64,000 nt of DNA from Auanema rhodensis (taxonomy: Eukaryota; Animalia; Nematoda): contig OZ059894.1 in assembly GCA_964057225.1 (NCBI GenBank), forward strand, positions 9,486,001 to 9,550,000, read 5' to 3'. Under the pieces are notes generated by a model that was not told the origin of the DNA, ran no database searches, and saw only the letters and a list, made by a program, of their open reading frames with translations. The position numbers and the translations under genes are program-made. Shown here one piece after another: positions 11,645 through 23,300 of this stretch (position 1 is its first letter; the number at the start of each line of letters is the position of its first letter).

Positions 11645-13522
11645 ATGTCTAAAACTCGAGCTTTTCGTGTTAATGCTAAAGGTTCAGAAGATACTGAGCT
11701 CATTATTTATCAATGTAATTGCTCTTTTAAACTTTTTTTTTCTGTTCGTAAAAAATAAATGAAATTGTTATAGGTGAACGACTTTGTGGGAAGGGAAATT
11801 TTTCAAGCGTCTTTCAAGCTCAGCTTATTAAGCCTGAACAAAGAGCAGTTGCAATTAAGAATATCTGGTAATTATAAATATATATATACATAATTCTATT
11901 TTATATAATATAAAATATAAAATTAGGAATACACTGAATAAGCAGACCCGACGAGCTGATGATGAAATTGAAATTCTAACTCAGATTCAACATGAGAATA
12001 TAGCTTCATTGTTGTATTACTTTTCAAAACGTGTTGATGAGGATGTGAGCATATCTTTCATCTTATCAAAACTTATCTGTTTCAAATCTTATTTCAGTGG
12101 ATTATCAGTTTAGTACTTGAATACTTACCGAATACTATGATGTGCTATCGAGATAGGAGGAATTATTTCAATAAAATTGATATTCAGGTACGGTTATTTG
12201 AAATTAGTTAGGCTATATTCTTAGATAATACTCGAATCTTGATTTTCTTGTGTCAGTTTACTCAAAGTAAGCAAAGTTTCAGTTGTACTCATGGCAAATT
12301 TTTACGGCTCTTAGCTATCTTCATGCCAAATCTATAGTTCATATGGATTTGAAGCCATCTAACATAGTTCTTGATCATAAGGTTTGTTCATTTCATAATA
12401 TTCATTAAACTAAAGTCATAATTCAAGCTAGGTATAGTTAAGCTAACTGATTTTGGTAGTTCAATCAACCTATCTTCCAACAGAATCCCCACTAATTGCT
12501 ATCAAGTAGTGCATTGAGCTGAGCGATATATATGTACATTCATATATACGTTTATCTCTCTCATAATCACACTTATTCTATTAAATTAAACAGGTTACCA
12601 GATACTACAGGCCACCAGAGCTTCTTTTTGGTTCTATATCCTTTACTTGTGCTATTGGTAATCTGTTTGAAATCTTTGAAATGAAGCTAAGCACCTGTTT
12701 TCGATGTGTTTTTTTTGCAGATCTATGGTCAGTTGCATGTGTTATTTACGAAATTATAACTAATCGAATCTTGTTCAAAGAAAGTACTACTGAAAAACAG
12801 GTAACATATATAATGTTTATATACAATGTTTTGAAAAAGTAAAACACTATTGTTATTATTATTACTATTTATAATAATAATTATAATTATCATCATCATC
12901 ATCATCATCAGCATTATCATCAGATCGAACTGATAACGGACATTTTTGGTTATCCAACTATTGAAGATATCAGAAATATGAAAATTAGTCGACCACGAAT
13001 TGCTCGACGAGACGGACGTGGAATTGATTTGGTTTGTGTTTCTTTCTGTCTGTTAGTCTGTCAGTCTCCCTCTCTCTCTCTCTCTCTCTCCCCTTTCTCT
13101 CTCTCTTTCTATATACATATATTCATTAATCTATATTATATTTAATAAAAAATAACTATATTTCAAATATAAAAGAGAAAATTTCAGTTTATAGCTAATT
13201 CTGTGAGTGCTGATGAATTGCTTTTCTTGAAAACATTTCTATTTCTTGATCCTTTACGTCGAGCTTTTGCTTCAGCAGCTCTTGACAATGAATTTTTTAG
13301 ATATTTGATTGAGGTTTGTTGCACATAATTACTATATTTCTCTTTTTCTATATATATATATATATAGATATAGAAAACTATATTTATATAACTATATGTA
13401 TATAAATAATAATAATATTATTATTTTTGCTTTAGAATTATGATAATCCTGACATAACTGTGCGAATAATACCAGACTTTGTGAAAGTACAATTGGAAAT
13501 AAAAAAAAACGAAAAGAAATAA
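11645..13522 (+). CDS. GSK-3-like Ser/Thr kinase of the nematode gskl type (non-RD), ~11 exons
   Basis: Spliced translation gives GKGNFSSVF, VAIKNIW, HMDLKPSN (12340-), DFG, YQVTRYYRPPELLFG and DLWSVACV. Stop at 13520-13522 if the last exon is not spliced onward. Absent from the ORF track because the exons are short. Confidence 0.85.
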
Positions 13523-13593
13523 AAATTATTTTTGTATTTTTCATTTTTGTTATTTCACTATTGGTTAATCGGTTGAATACATGTATTTAGGAT

Positions 13594-14072
13594 ATGGATC
13601 TTACAATTAGTGGATTTGATTTATACGAAGGTTTTTGCTTTTTTTTTGTTTGGAAAGTAATAGAAATCGAAAATTTCTTATTATAGATGCTTTGAGAAAT
13701 ATTGAAATTGATACAAAAATACTGCAAATCACATACTTAACAACCATATTTATTCTTATTATTTTCATTTTATTACCTATGGGATTCGTTAAGCTTAGCT
13801 ATAAGTAGGAGATTTAGTTCACTGTATGTACATATGGATTTCGTTTATTTATTTTTAGATTATTCAAGAAAAATCATGATGATGTAATTGAAGAAGGAAC
13901 TTGTGGCAGTGAGCAATATGACCCGGATGGCACATATAGAACGCATGCATTGGATAAAGTAACTTTATTAAATTTCATTTCATCTAATTAATTTCTTATA
14001 AAATTATATTAATTATAAGAGAAAAAGGTGAATTTTGATATTTTGAAGACGAAATACTCAAATATACAATGA
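13594..14072 (+). CDS. Putative ~90-aa single-pass membrane protein (or C-terminal extension of the kinase)
   Basis: Exons 13594-13630, 13687-13804, 13859-13958, 14049-14072 join in frame: MDLTISGFDLYEDALRNIEIDTKILQITYLTTIFILIIFILLPMGFVKLSYKLFKKNHDDVIEEGTCGSEQYDPDGTYRTHALDKTKYSNIQ*. Confidence 0.5.
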
Positions 14073-14390
14073 ATAGATATACGTATTATCATCAAGTTTT
14101 TTTGTTTTATAAGTATTTTTGGGCAAAAAATAATGGAAAATGAGTCATTTACTCTTTTTTTGTTGTTAACCGGATGGACAATCAAGGTAATGTGGTGCGT
14201 GGTTTACATAATCTCTTAAATGTTTTTTCTTTTGAATACTCTCAGTAAAATATAATGTTTTGTCCTTTTATTGCCCTTCAAATCATTATGATGAATTGAC
14301 TGCCGTCCATCTGATGATGGTTTGACCGAAAAAACCGAAGGAAAGTGTATTTAGAGCGAGACAAAAATACAAAAAACTAGCTTGACCATT

Positions 14391-15992
14391 CTATTCTACT
14401 ATTGTCCCCTCGCCCATCCACCTCTTCATGAACGTTTGATGCTGGTAATGCTGAAATGTATGATGCCAATAGAAATGATGTGCACGTATGTTGTACATGA
14501 ATGATATATGCTGTAGTTCTGTATGTATGTATATGCTATTTCTCTGCTTCTTTGTCCTCCTCGATGAACGGTGCTGATGTGAACTGTCGCGGGTGAAGTG
14601 GTCGAAGAGGTGCTGGAAATGGACGAAGTGAAATGAATGCTTTTCTGATGACATTTTAGTAAGTTAGTCATTGACATGTGTTATAAGAATGAACAAGTAG
14701 CTTTAATAGAGAAATATAGAGAAGATAGGCATAGAGAGCCAGTGCATTCGATTGTATGTTAGAAGAAGAAGAGAGAGAGAGAAAACCCTACCTAAAGAGG
14801 GAGAGAAAGAGAGAGAATAAAGAAGAGAAAGAAGAAAAAGAGGAAGCTAAAAGAAACTTGTCTGATGTGATGTGCTTGTTTGCTGTTGTTTTCGTCCGCC
14901 ATAGTCCATCGATGTCCAGGAAGAGACAGACAGTCAATTGTGGAAGAGACAGACAGTCAGCCGAACTGTGCTTCACATGGCATACCAGTTGCAACTGCAA
15001 TTGAACAGAAAGATTAAGCTAGTCAATAGGCCCAGAAGAAAGAGATTGTTACTCTATCTAAGCGTATTTTTTGATTTTTTTTTCTGTTTTTCTATTCATA
15101 TTTCATTGCCAATATCTGCAATTGTCTTTTTCCCTATTCCTCATTTGGTTACCCCTCATAGCATTCTTCTTAATAAATGTTTTTTCTTTGAATCAATTCT
15201 CTTTACCAATCGTTATTTGATCTTTTGTTTGTAAATATTCACAATTTCAATTTGTTTTTCACTAAAATCTGTTCCGTCTGACATTACAAGAGAACAAACT
15301 ACTAAGCATTTCCTATTATTACTAAACCATTTCATTTTTCCTTTTTTTTTTGTTTCTTTTTTGATTATTTTTAATGTTAAATATTCAATTTTATTCATTT
15401 CTCTCACAACTTTCTATAAATACATTTGGTCTTCAACTTATTGTTCTCAGCTCATATTTTTCTTTTAAAAAAACAAATAACATCCCATCATCCCATCATC
15501 CCCCCCCCGCCCCCTGCTTCAATAATGACAATAAGTTTTCATTAATATTATTTTAATTTTTATTCTTTTATTTCTCAAATTAAATAAGAAAAACTAGTTA
15601 AAAGAGATTTTGTCTCTGTGTGTATGTGTAATTGTTTCCGTTGAAAGAGAAAGTATAACTTTTGGCAACATTTTCCTATTTCATATCTTTAAATTTGATC
15701 CTTATCTACTATATGTATTTCTTTTTCTAACTCTTTATTTGCAAAAAGAAACTAGTTTTTACTATATATGGAAAGAAGTTAAATAAGGTTCTTAAGCTAG
15801 ATAACATCCAACTAATTTCTCTCTTTTTCTTTCTCTCTCTAACTCTCTCTCTCTCTATCTTTATATATACATTCATCTTTATCTCTCTCTCTCTTTCTCT
15901 CTCAGTGTCTTAGTACGATATTCGTATACCGACAATCCCCCCCCTCTTCTACTATAACCCCAACCCAACGCTAGAATATACTTCTATATTCC

Positions 15993-16027
<35 letters not shown>

Positions 16028-19000
16028 ATCTTCCTCTTCCTTGTACTCGGATTTTCTCTGAATTTCCTTTCTATTTTAATAATTTTTATTCTGCTTACTT
16101 CTCCTCGTTTATCTATTTCCTCATTCCTTTCCTCTTCGTTTCAAAGCTCTTCCTCTTACGTGTGCTGCCATTACTTTCTCTCACCTGCTAAATCTTATAT
16201 TTCCTCATCTAGTTGTCTATTATTTTCATGAATTTGCTATTTTATGCTCGCAAAAACTGCTTCACAACTAAACTCTATCTCTCATTTCGACTTTATTTTA
16301 TCTTTTTTCATCCATTCTGATTGCAAACTATCATGACATCATTATTTGGAAAAAATAGAACTAGGGGATGGCCTTTATCTCTTCCTCTCTCTCTCTCTCT
16401 CTTTCTTTTTTTCCAAAAATCATTGTTGTCGTGCATAGCAGTGAGGGAAAACCGGGTATAATTCCACGGATTTTCATATGAATGATGGTCACAACATCAA
16501 ATTGGCGGCAGGCAAGCGTCCATCCAGCTTTGTTGTCATCAAATCCGGACCATTTTCGGATGTTTTGTGTTACTTTAGCTTTCGTTTACGTATAGTTTGT
16601 TCAGACAACGTTCTTTCTAATTCTTTCCAAGCATGTATTGTGGAATTTTGCAGAGTAATTTTGCAATAGATTGAAATAGATTGTAATCGAGTCAAAAAGC
16701 GGAGCTTATGCCTTCATCCTCTTCAGCAAAAACTTCTGATTTTTAATTTTTTTTCTTCTAAAATTCTTTGTAAAAACATGAACATGTCGAAATATGAACC
16801 CATTTTATACTATATAACCTGTAAAATCATTAAATAACGCTTTTCCAATTAGGGGTTTAGTCATTCTTCTGCTATTTCTCTCTCCCCCCCCCCCTTCTGT
16901 CATGTTTTCTTCCCTGTCTACCAATCTATCTACCAAGTGTTTTTTTTAGAAGAAAACGAAAAAAAACAAAAAAATTGCAAAGGCAATAAGCTAAAAAGAT
17001 CGAAAAACGCTACCACATGTTCTTCTCAGTTCATTTCGTCTCATTTTAAAATTTGGTCACTTATTTTGTAACAGCACGTTTAACAAGTTTGTGGGCTGAT
17101 GTACTACTGGAGCACCCAAGCCTACAATTTTCGGTTCCAATGAAATGATTCTGAACATTTAATTTTTTTTTCATCAAAGATAACAATCTGCGTCTAATAG
17201 TTCAGAGTTTTTTCAACAAATCTTGGTGATGACGCCAGAGGACGGGAAAGACTAGTGATTCTTCATGAAATATAAAAAATTTTGTTCCTTCATTTCTTAT
17301 TCAAAACGTATTTGCTTTCACATTTTTATATAAAAATATATATTTATCTATGTGAATGCTGTACTTTCTTTAATTTCACCATAATTTGTTGCAATTAGAA
17401 CTTTGTTCAATGATTTTCCTCTCCAAATATAGATCATATTCAAAAAAAATGCGCTTGAAAGCTTTTTTGCGTTCTCTTCCTTCCGCCTTCTCGTACTATT
17501 CGTTTTCGCTCTCAGTTTTTTTTGTGAGTATGTATGAGTGTGGGACCAAACTTCGATTAAAACGTTATTTGTTGAAAAGTTCTATATTTCAATATCTTAA
17601 AGTCGCTTTTACTCACCATCTACTTGTCTTACCATCGTTCTCACCTTCCAATTCTCATATTCCCATTCTATATACTATCTTTGTTATGCTATATCTCCTT
17701 CTGTAGTCCCCTTGTCGCACTCTAAATCCAGAGAGAATCAAACAAGAGAGAGAGTATATATATTTTCTTTCTTCCTCCATTTTTTTTGAAATGGAAAAGA
17801 AAATAGTATAAAGCAAAACACTGTTTTAAACATAATTATACAGTACAATTGTCCTTTCATAGCATAAAAAGCTGATAACTGAACCTTTCTATTCATATTT
17901 CTGAACATATAATCAGCTCAATTTATGAATTTATTTCTATTTTATGCAATAAATACATATATTTCTGTATACACATTTGTTTTTGTCATCTATCCCTTTA
18001 ACATTCTCTTACTTTTCATTTAAAATTTTTAAAGTTCTTCTGTGTAATTTTTAAAAGTGTTCCACATCAGCCTACCGACTTATTTCTGTTCACAAATCGT
18101 CATTATGTTGATTCTCTACTTTACTCTTCTAGTCTATCTATTCACCTTCATCTTTCTTTCTATCTCTCTCTCTTTTTCTTTCTCGTATTAATACTCTCTG
18201 TTCTAAAATCTCCTTCTCTCTTTGTTGATCTCTCTGATGCTTTCTACTCGTTTCAACCAATCGTAATGGGTGGTGAAACCTGTTCACCTGGTGCCCAAGC
18301 CGAGCCATCCTTTCTTCCATAAATACCATCAAATCGACAGTTTTGTAAGATTTAATGTCTGAAAATTCACGGCTAACATCTCAAGTTGGCTAATATCATG
18401 GATTTCAGCTTTTCGCAATTATCGAAATCTCATCCCCTACTTCTTCTGTCCATACAAATTCGTGCGAAATCACCTCAGCGATTCCACAATCTGCTTACCT
18501 CCTGCCGATCTGAAAAGTTATTGCAAATATGATTTATATAGTCTCGCTACTATTTCGTTCAAAAATTTTCATTTTAACGGCCAATCAAGAAAAAAAAATT
18601 CTGCTTATCGTGTCAACACGAGCGTATTGTATGGTCTCACATTCATGTGTTTTTTCTCGAGTTTTCTAGCAAATGCCAACTTTCACGGGAAAAACTGCTC
18701 TCAAATGAAATATTACAGCATTTAATTTTTTTTTTATTAAATATTTTACAGATTATTAAATATATAAAATTTTGTCAAAAAAAAAATAAAGATATAAGAT
18801 TTTAACATTACACTATTACAGCTGATTAAAAAACAAGAAAGCCATTGGTCAAATGGGCGTCGTTTGTTTGTTTTGTGGTCAAAAAACAAGATTTTTCGTT
18901 TTTTTCTTTTAAATAATTTTGTCGTTCCTAGCCACACTGACACTGCTGATAGTTGTAAAATTTTCTACTGAAAAAATCGTTTAAAATTCATATCTTTAAG

Positions 19001-20028
19001 ACTTTATTACGACTAATTTTGATTGAACTGATGCGATATATTATATTTTCATTCATTCATCTCTTTTCTATTTCGTTTGTTTTGGAATTTTTTTTATATG
19101 ATAGAAGATTTGAAAAGTTTAAAGCAATTGAAAATGAAATAAATGATCAACCGGTCACTGCGTGAAGAAAAAGTAAAATAAAAACGTGTAATGGTATTCA
19201 CGTAAACTTCCACGTCACGTATCCGCGTGGGCATCTGGGTTGCACCACCAGTATTACTGGCTTGCCAATAGAAAAAAGTGATGATATTTCAGAAAGTATT
19301 ACAGTTATGAATGACTAATGAGTTTATGTGATGATGAAATAAAGGAAATTGCGAAACAAAAACTTAAATATGGCTTAATGTCACATTCATATGACTGAAA
19401 TGGCTTGTATAACTATATTAAAAGTTTGAATAACATTCCAATGTCTCTATACATTCATTTTTCTGAGATAAAGCCAGAAATTCTTCTATTTTCTGACTCT
19501 ATTCACTGCTTTATTCGTCGGCTTTCATGAAAATAATATGCTTATTCAATAAATTTTAAGAACAATTGAATGCCCAAAAAGTGGTTTTCTACTTTAGCTA
19601 GCAATGTACTTGCATAATACTTTACATATTTTATTTCATTTTTACAAATTTAGGGCTTTTTTTGTTTTCAGACCAAGGTTCTTTCTCCCAACTTCTTGTT
19701 AGCATCAACGCAGTAAAGTAGCCATTCTGGATTTAAAGTAAACGAACTACTACTATCTCTTCATACTCAGCATTATCTTTCTCTTTTCTCTTCAATTTTT
19801 GAAACTCAAAAAGATATTTCTATTTTTCTTTTTAGTATTCTGACATATTTTATTCAAATAACTTTAAGCTCAATTAGATTTTAAAGTAAAAAATACATTT
19901 ATTTTGTTTATTATAGAAAAGGTCATGAATGTTGGTATAGATGAACATACATTTGTCATATTTCTATTACCTATTTCTTCTACTTACCTCACTCTTCTCT
20001 CTCTCTTCTCTTTCTTTCTCTCTTTCTT

Positions 20029-20082
<54 letters not shown>

Positions 20083-20391
20083 TGTTAAATCTTTGTATAT
20101 ACATATCAATCCTACCCCCCCCGCTCCCTCAAACAGAGCCAGAGCTTCTTGTTGACGTCGTTTAGTAATTTGAATTTGACCAAACTTGTCTTGTATAGAA
20201 ACAAGCAAGTATGACCTCGACGATAATTCTTGTCTCGTCATTCTTGCTGAATCATTAAGCTGAGACGAGAGATTTGAAGTAGCAAATATTGAACAAGAAA
20301 AGCTTATAAATTCGATTCTGTTCAACTCATATGACCTTCGATGGCAACCCCCGATAAGGTCTTCAATAGCTGTGGTAGCGACAGCCGCCAT
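14391..20391 (-). CDS. Putative ~122-aa protein of unknown function built with 11-nt and 9-nt microexons
   Basis: Exons 20391-20336, 18509-18499 (ttttcag|ATCGGCAGGAG|gtaagc), 18358-18288, 14994-14986 (ttgcag|TTGCAACTG|gtatgc), 14612-14391 are all phase-compatible: MAAVATTAIEDLIGGCHRRSAGDIKSYKTVDLMVFMEERMARLGHQLQLHLFDHFTRDSSHQHRSSRRTKKQ... There is also a 42-nt 5'UTR intron at 20452-20411 (gtaagt..ttcag). Confidence 0.5.
14919..14959. repeat. 18-nt direct repeat GGAAGAGACAGACAGTCA x2 (14919-14936, 14942-14959)
   Basis: Exact duplicate read directly. On the minus strand it is UGACUGUCUGUCUCUUCC, just downstream of the 9-nt microexon donor. Confidence 0.9.
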
Positions 20392-23300
20392 GCCAGCCGA
20401 AGCATATCAGCTGAAGAGAAGAAGAAGAAGACACGCTTCAAGCTTGACTTACACGATTGCTGTCAGATCGACTACAACAGATAGAGTATGGAAATGGCGT
20501 AGAGGCTTCTAGCAAAACGATGAATACGAAAAGGTTGAATGGCTACAGAGAGTGAGAGAGAGAGAGTGAGAAATCCTTCTTTCACCTCTATTTCTCTGCT
20601 TCACTTTCATTCAACCTTGTGCGCTTAATGTCGATCCTTATCGACGATTGCCATTCGAGTGACAGTCAGCATATGACGACGATTCTTTAGCTATCTTCCT
20701 TTCTCGTCATCTGTGTTTCTTTTTATTTTCCACTTTTTTTTACATGAAACGAGGTGAAAGTGAAGAAAAGATCTTAAAATGAGGGAGAGTGTGTCAGAGA
20801 GAAAAGGAGAGATAGCTAAGAAAAAATTAGAATTGATGACTCTCGTCCTCCACATAGCTAGAAAAATTGGATCGTTTTAATCTTGTTTTCTTCCGCTTTC
20901 CCATTTTTATATTCCGATGTTCATCTTCATCATCATCTATCTAGCCATACTAACATTACGTAACATCTTCCCCATTCTCTCTCGATTCAGTTTCGTTCAA
21001 ACAACTTTCTCATCCACACTAGCTTGTCTTTCATCTGAAGGACAAGGTAATTTTGGAAACAAAAAAGGCAGAAGCATTCTCACAACTTCATTCAAATTCA
21101 CATAGCTTTTACTCAAAAATGTTTTTGGTTTCGCAGCTCTAACACATGTACTGCTATGTAATTCGTATCCTAATTTACATTTTCTTTTTGAAATCGAAGA
21201 AGTCACCAATGACGCTCGGTTAAGAAGCCGTTCTCTTCTTCATGTCCTTCATCATCATCGTGATCTTTTTCTTCTTCTTTACTTCAGTTTTTAATAGATA
21301 ATTTAATCTTTTTACACTGTTACTCACTTACAATCTTATCTTCATTTAATCATTCTATGAAGGTAAATATATTCTATTTCCAACATTTTGTGAAAAATAA
21401 AAGAAAAACCATCGCTTATCACACTATGTTCTTTCCAAATATATCTTCCCTATCTAATATTTTCTTCGTACTGTTCCTTCGGCGGCCCCAAAAGAAATGG
21501 AATTGACGAGTGTTAGGTGCAATCAGGAAATACACGCTTCGTTTGTCCAAAGAAATCTTCAAGTACATATACTGTACAAATATTTTTCGTATTCTAACCA
21601 TGAATTTTAGTCTGGTTTTTGATTTTATCATTAATTTCTTCATTTATTCTTGCATACAATCACACTAAAATGGAATTCAGAATACATTTGAACCTGACTA
21701 TTACTTCCTCAATAGAGCTTCGAGTTGTTCGTCTTCTCAACGGTCAACCGCGCGGATTAAAAGTGCATGAACGAACAGCACGCTTCATACATCTGGGCAC
21801 TGAACTTCAAAAACAGAATCCGGTGATGACAATGCTCAGGACAATAGGCCAAAGCTCTTTCTCTCGTACTCGCTCCTTCATTCTCTCTTTGTGGTTTTGT
21901 TAACTGCAGTACTCAATATTAGCTGCCATATAGTTGAGATCAATGATTGGACTCTTTCTCTTTCTCTCTCTCTTTCTCTCTCTCCCTCTCTATTTTGTTC
22001 GTTTCTTCCTCTTATTATCTTTTTCTCTCATTCCCTCGTGTTCTCTTTGCTTTACTATTCTCCTTGCTCCATCTGTCTCTTTTTTCATTTTCTCAATTTC
22101 TCTTTTTCATTCATTTTTGCCACACCGGACCCTCCTCCCGTTGACGACAATCTGCTTCATGCATCCAACCTCTCCTTTCTCATCATTATTATCTTCTTCT
22201 GCCGTCGTTTCTCTAGATCAACAACAGTCACGATAGCTTGAAGTTTGACATATGAATCCAATGATACTCTTCTCCCCTCGTTCTCCCTTGCCGCTTAAAG
22301 TAAGCCCAAAGGTATTTCACGTGAGCTTCGTATCTCGATTTCATTTTCGCTTGACGGCGCTTTCCGACCGGTTGTATCTGGTTTTTTCCCGGCAAAAACT
22401 ATATTATATTCCATTTCAGTCATACACCAAAAGCATCAGCTGAGTGCTTACAAGCAAACTTTGTCCGCACTTATCACTATCGCATCACAGCCAAATTATT
22501 ACTGAAAAGCTGTACTATCATCGTTTTTACTTTTCGCTTTGTTTCTTTTTGCCTTATTTCAATATTAAGAAGAAACAACAAAGAGAATTTTTTATTTTGT
22601 TCCATCTGTGTTTCTCCTGTTTTTACTCTCAGTATATTCAAACGGCTTTGGAGTTCAAGTTCGAAAGGACAGATGGCCGTCAAAGCAGTTGACTTAGGGT
22701 TCAGTGTCATCGATGCGTTCTTCATCTCCTCGTTTCTCCTTCAAGGCTTCAGCTTGTCTTGATCATCATCAGACCATTACACATTAAACTGCATCAACAG
22801 ATAGCTGAAGATGCTATGCTATTTGCCAACGATTCAAACGGATTTTTGAAGTTTTTTCACTTCAAATGTCCTCTTAACTCTATCCAGATCGCAATTCTGA
22901 TGATTGATCTTAAAAGAAAGCTCATTGTTTACTGTTTACCTTGACATTTTTTCTATTTTTGCATTCTGATGGCAGAATGTCTTTCAGCTTCACTATGAAA
23001 TCAAAACTTGTTAGGTTCGTTCGCTAGCACCGAAATGAACATGTTTGTTTGTCTGTTTGTTTAGTATAGCTTATTGTTGGATGCTATAGTACATAGAAAA
23101 TTGGCTGCTCCTTTTCCCTCTCTCTACCACTTTCTCGTACTCTTCTTCTCTGTCTATTCATCTATTTTAAAGAAGCAAAATGTCTTACTTTCTCATTTCA
23201 TGTCATCAGGTTAATTACCTGCAGTACAGGTTTTCTTGCTTCTTCTCATGTTCTTCCTCTTCCAATTTTCATCATCGATGTCGTCTTCATCGTCGTTTTT

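Noticed and set aside
19904-20165. ORFs with LSLSLS/ERERER tracts (also near 21.9-22.2 kb, 33.0-33.2 kb, 35.0-35.2 kb and 62 kb)
   Set aside because: Translations of CT/GA microsatellites with no splice or homology support.
21619-21903. 94-aa plus-strand ORF with coding-like composition
   Set aside because: No recognisable motif and no convincing splice partners.
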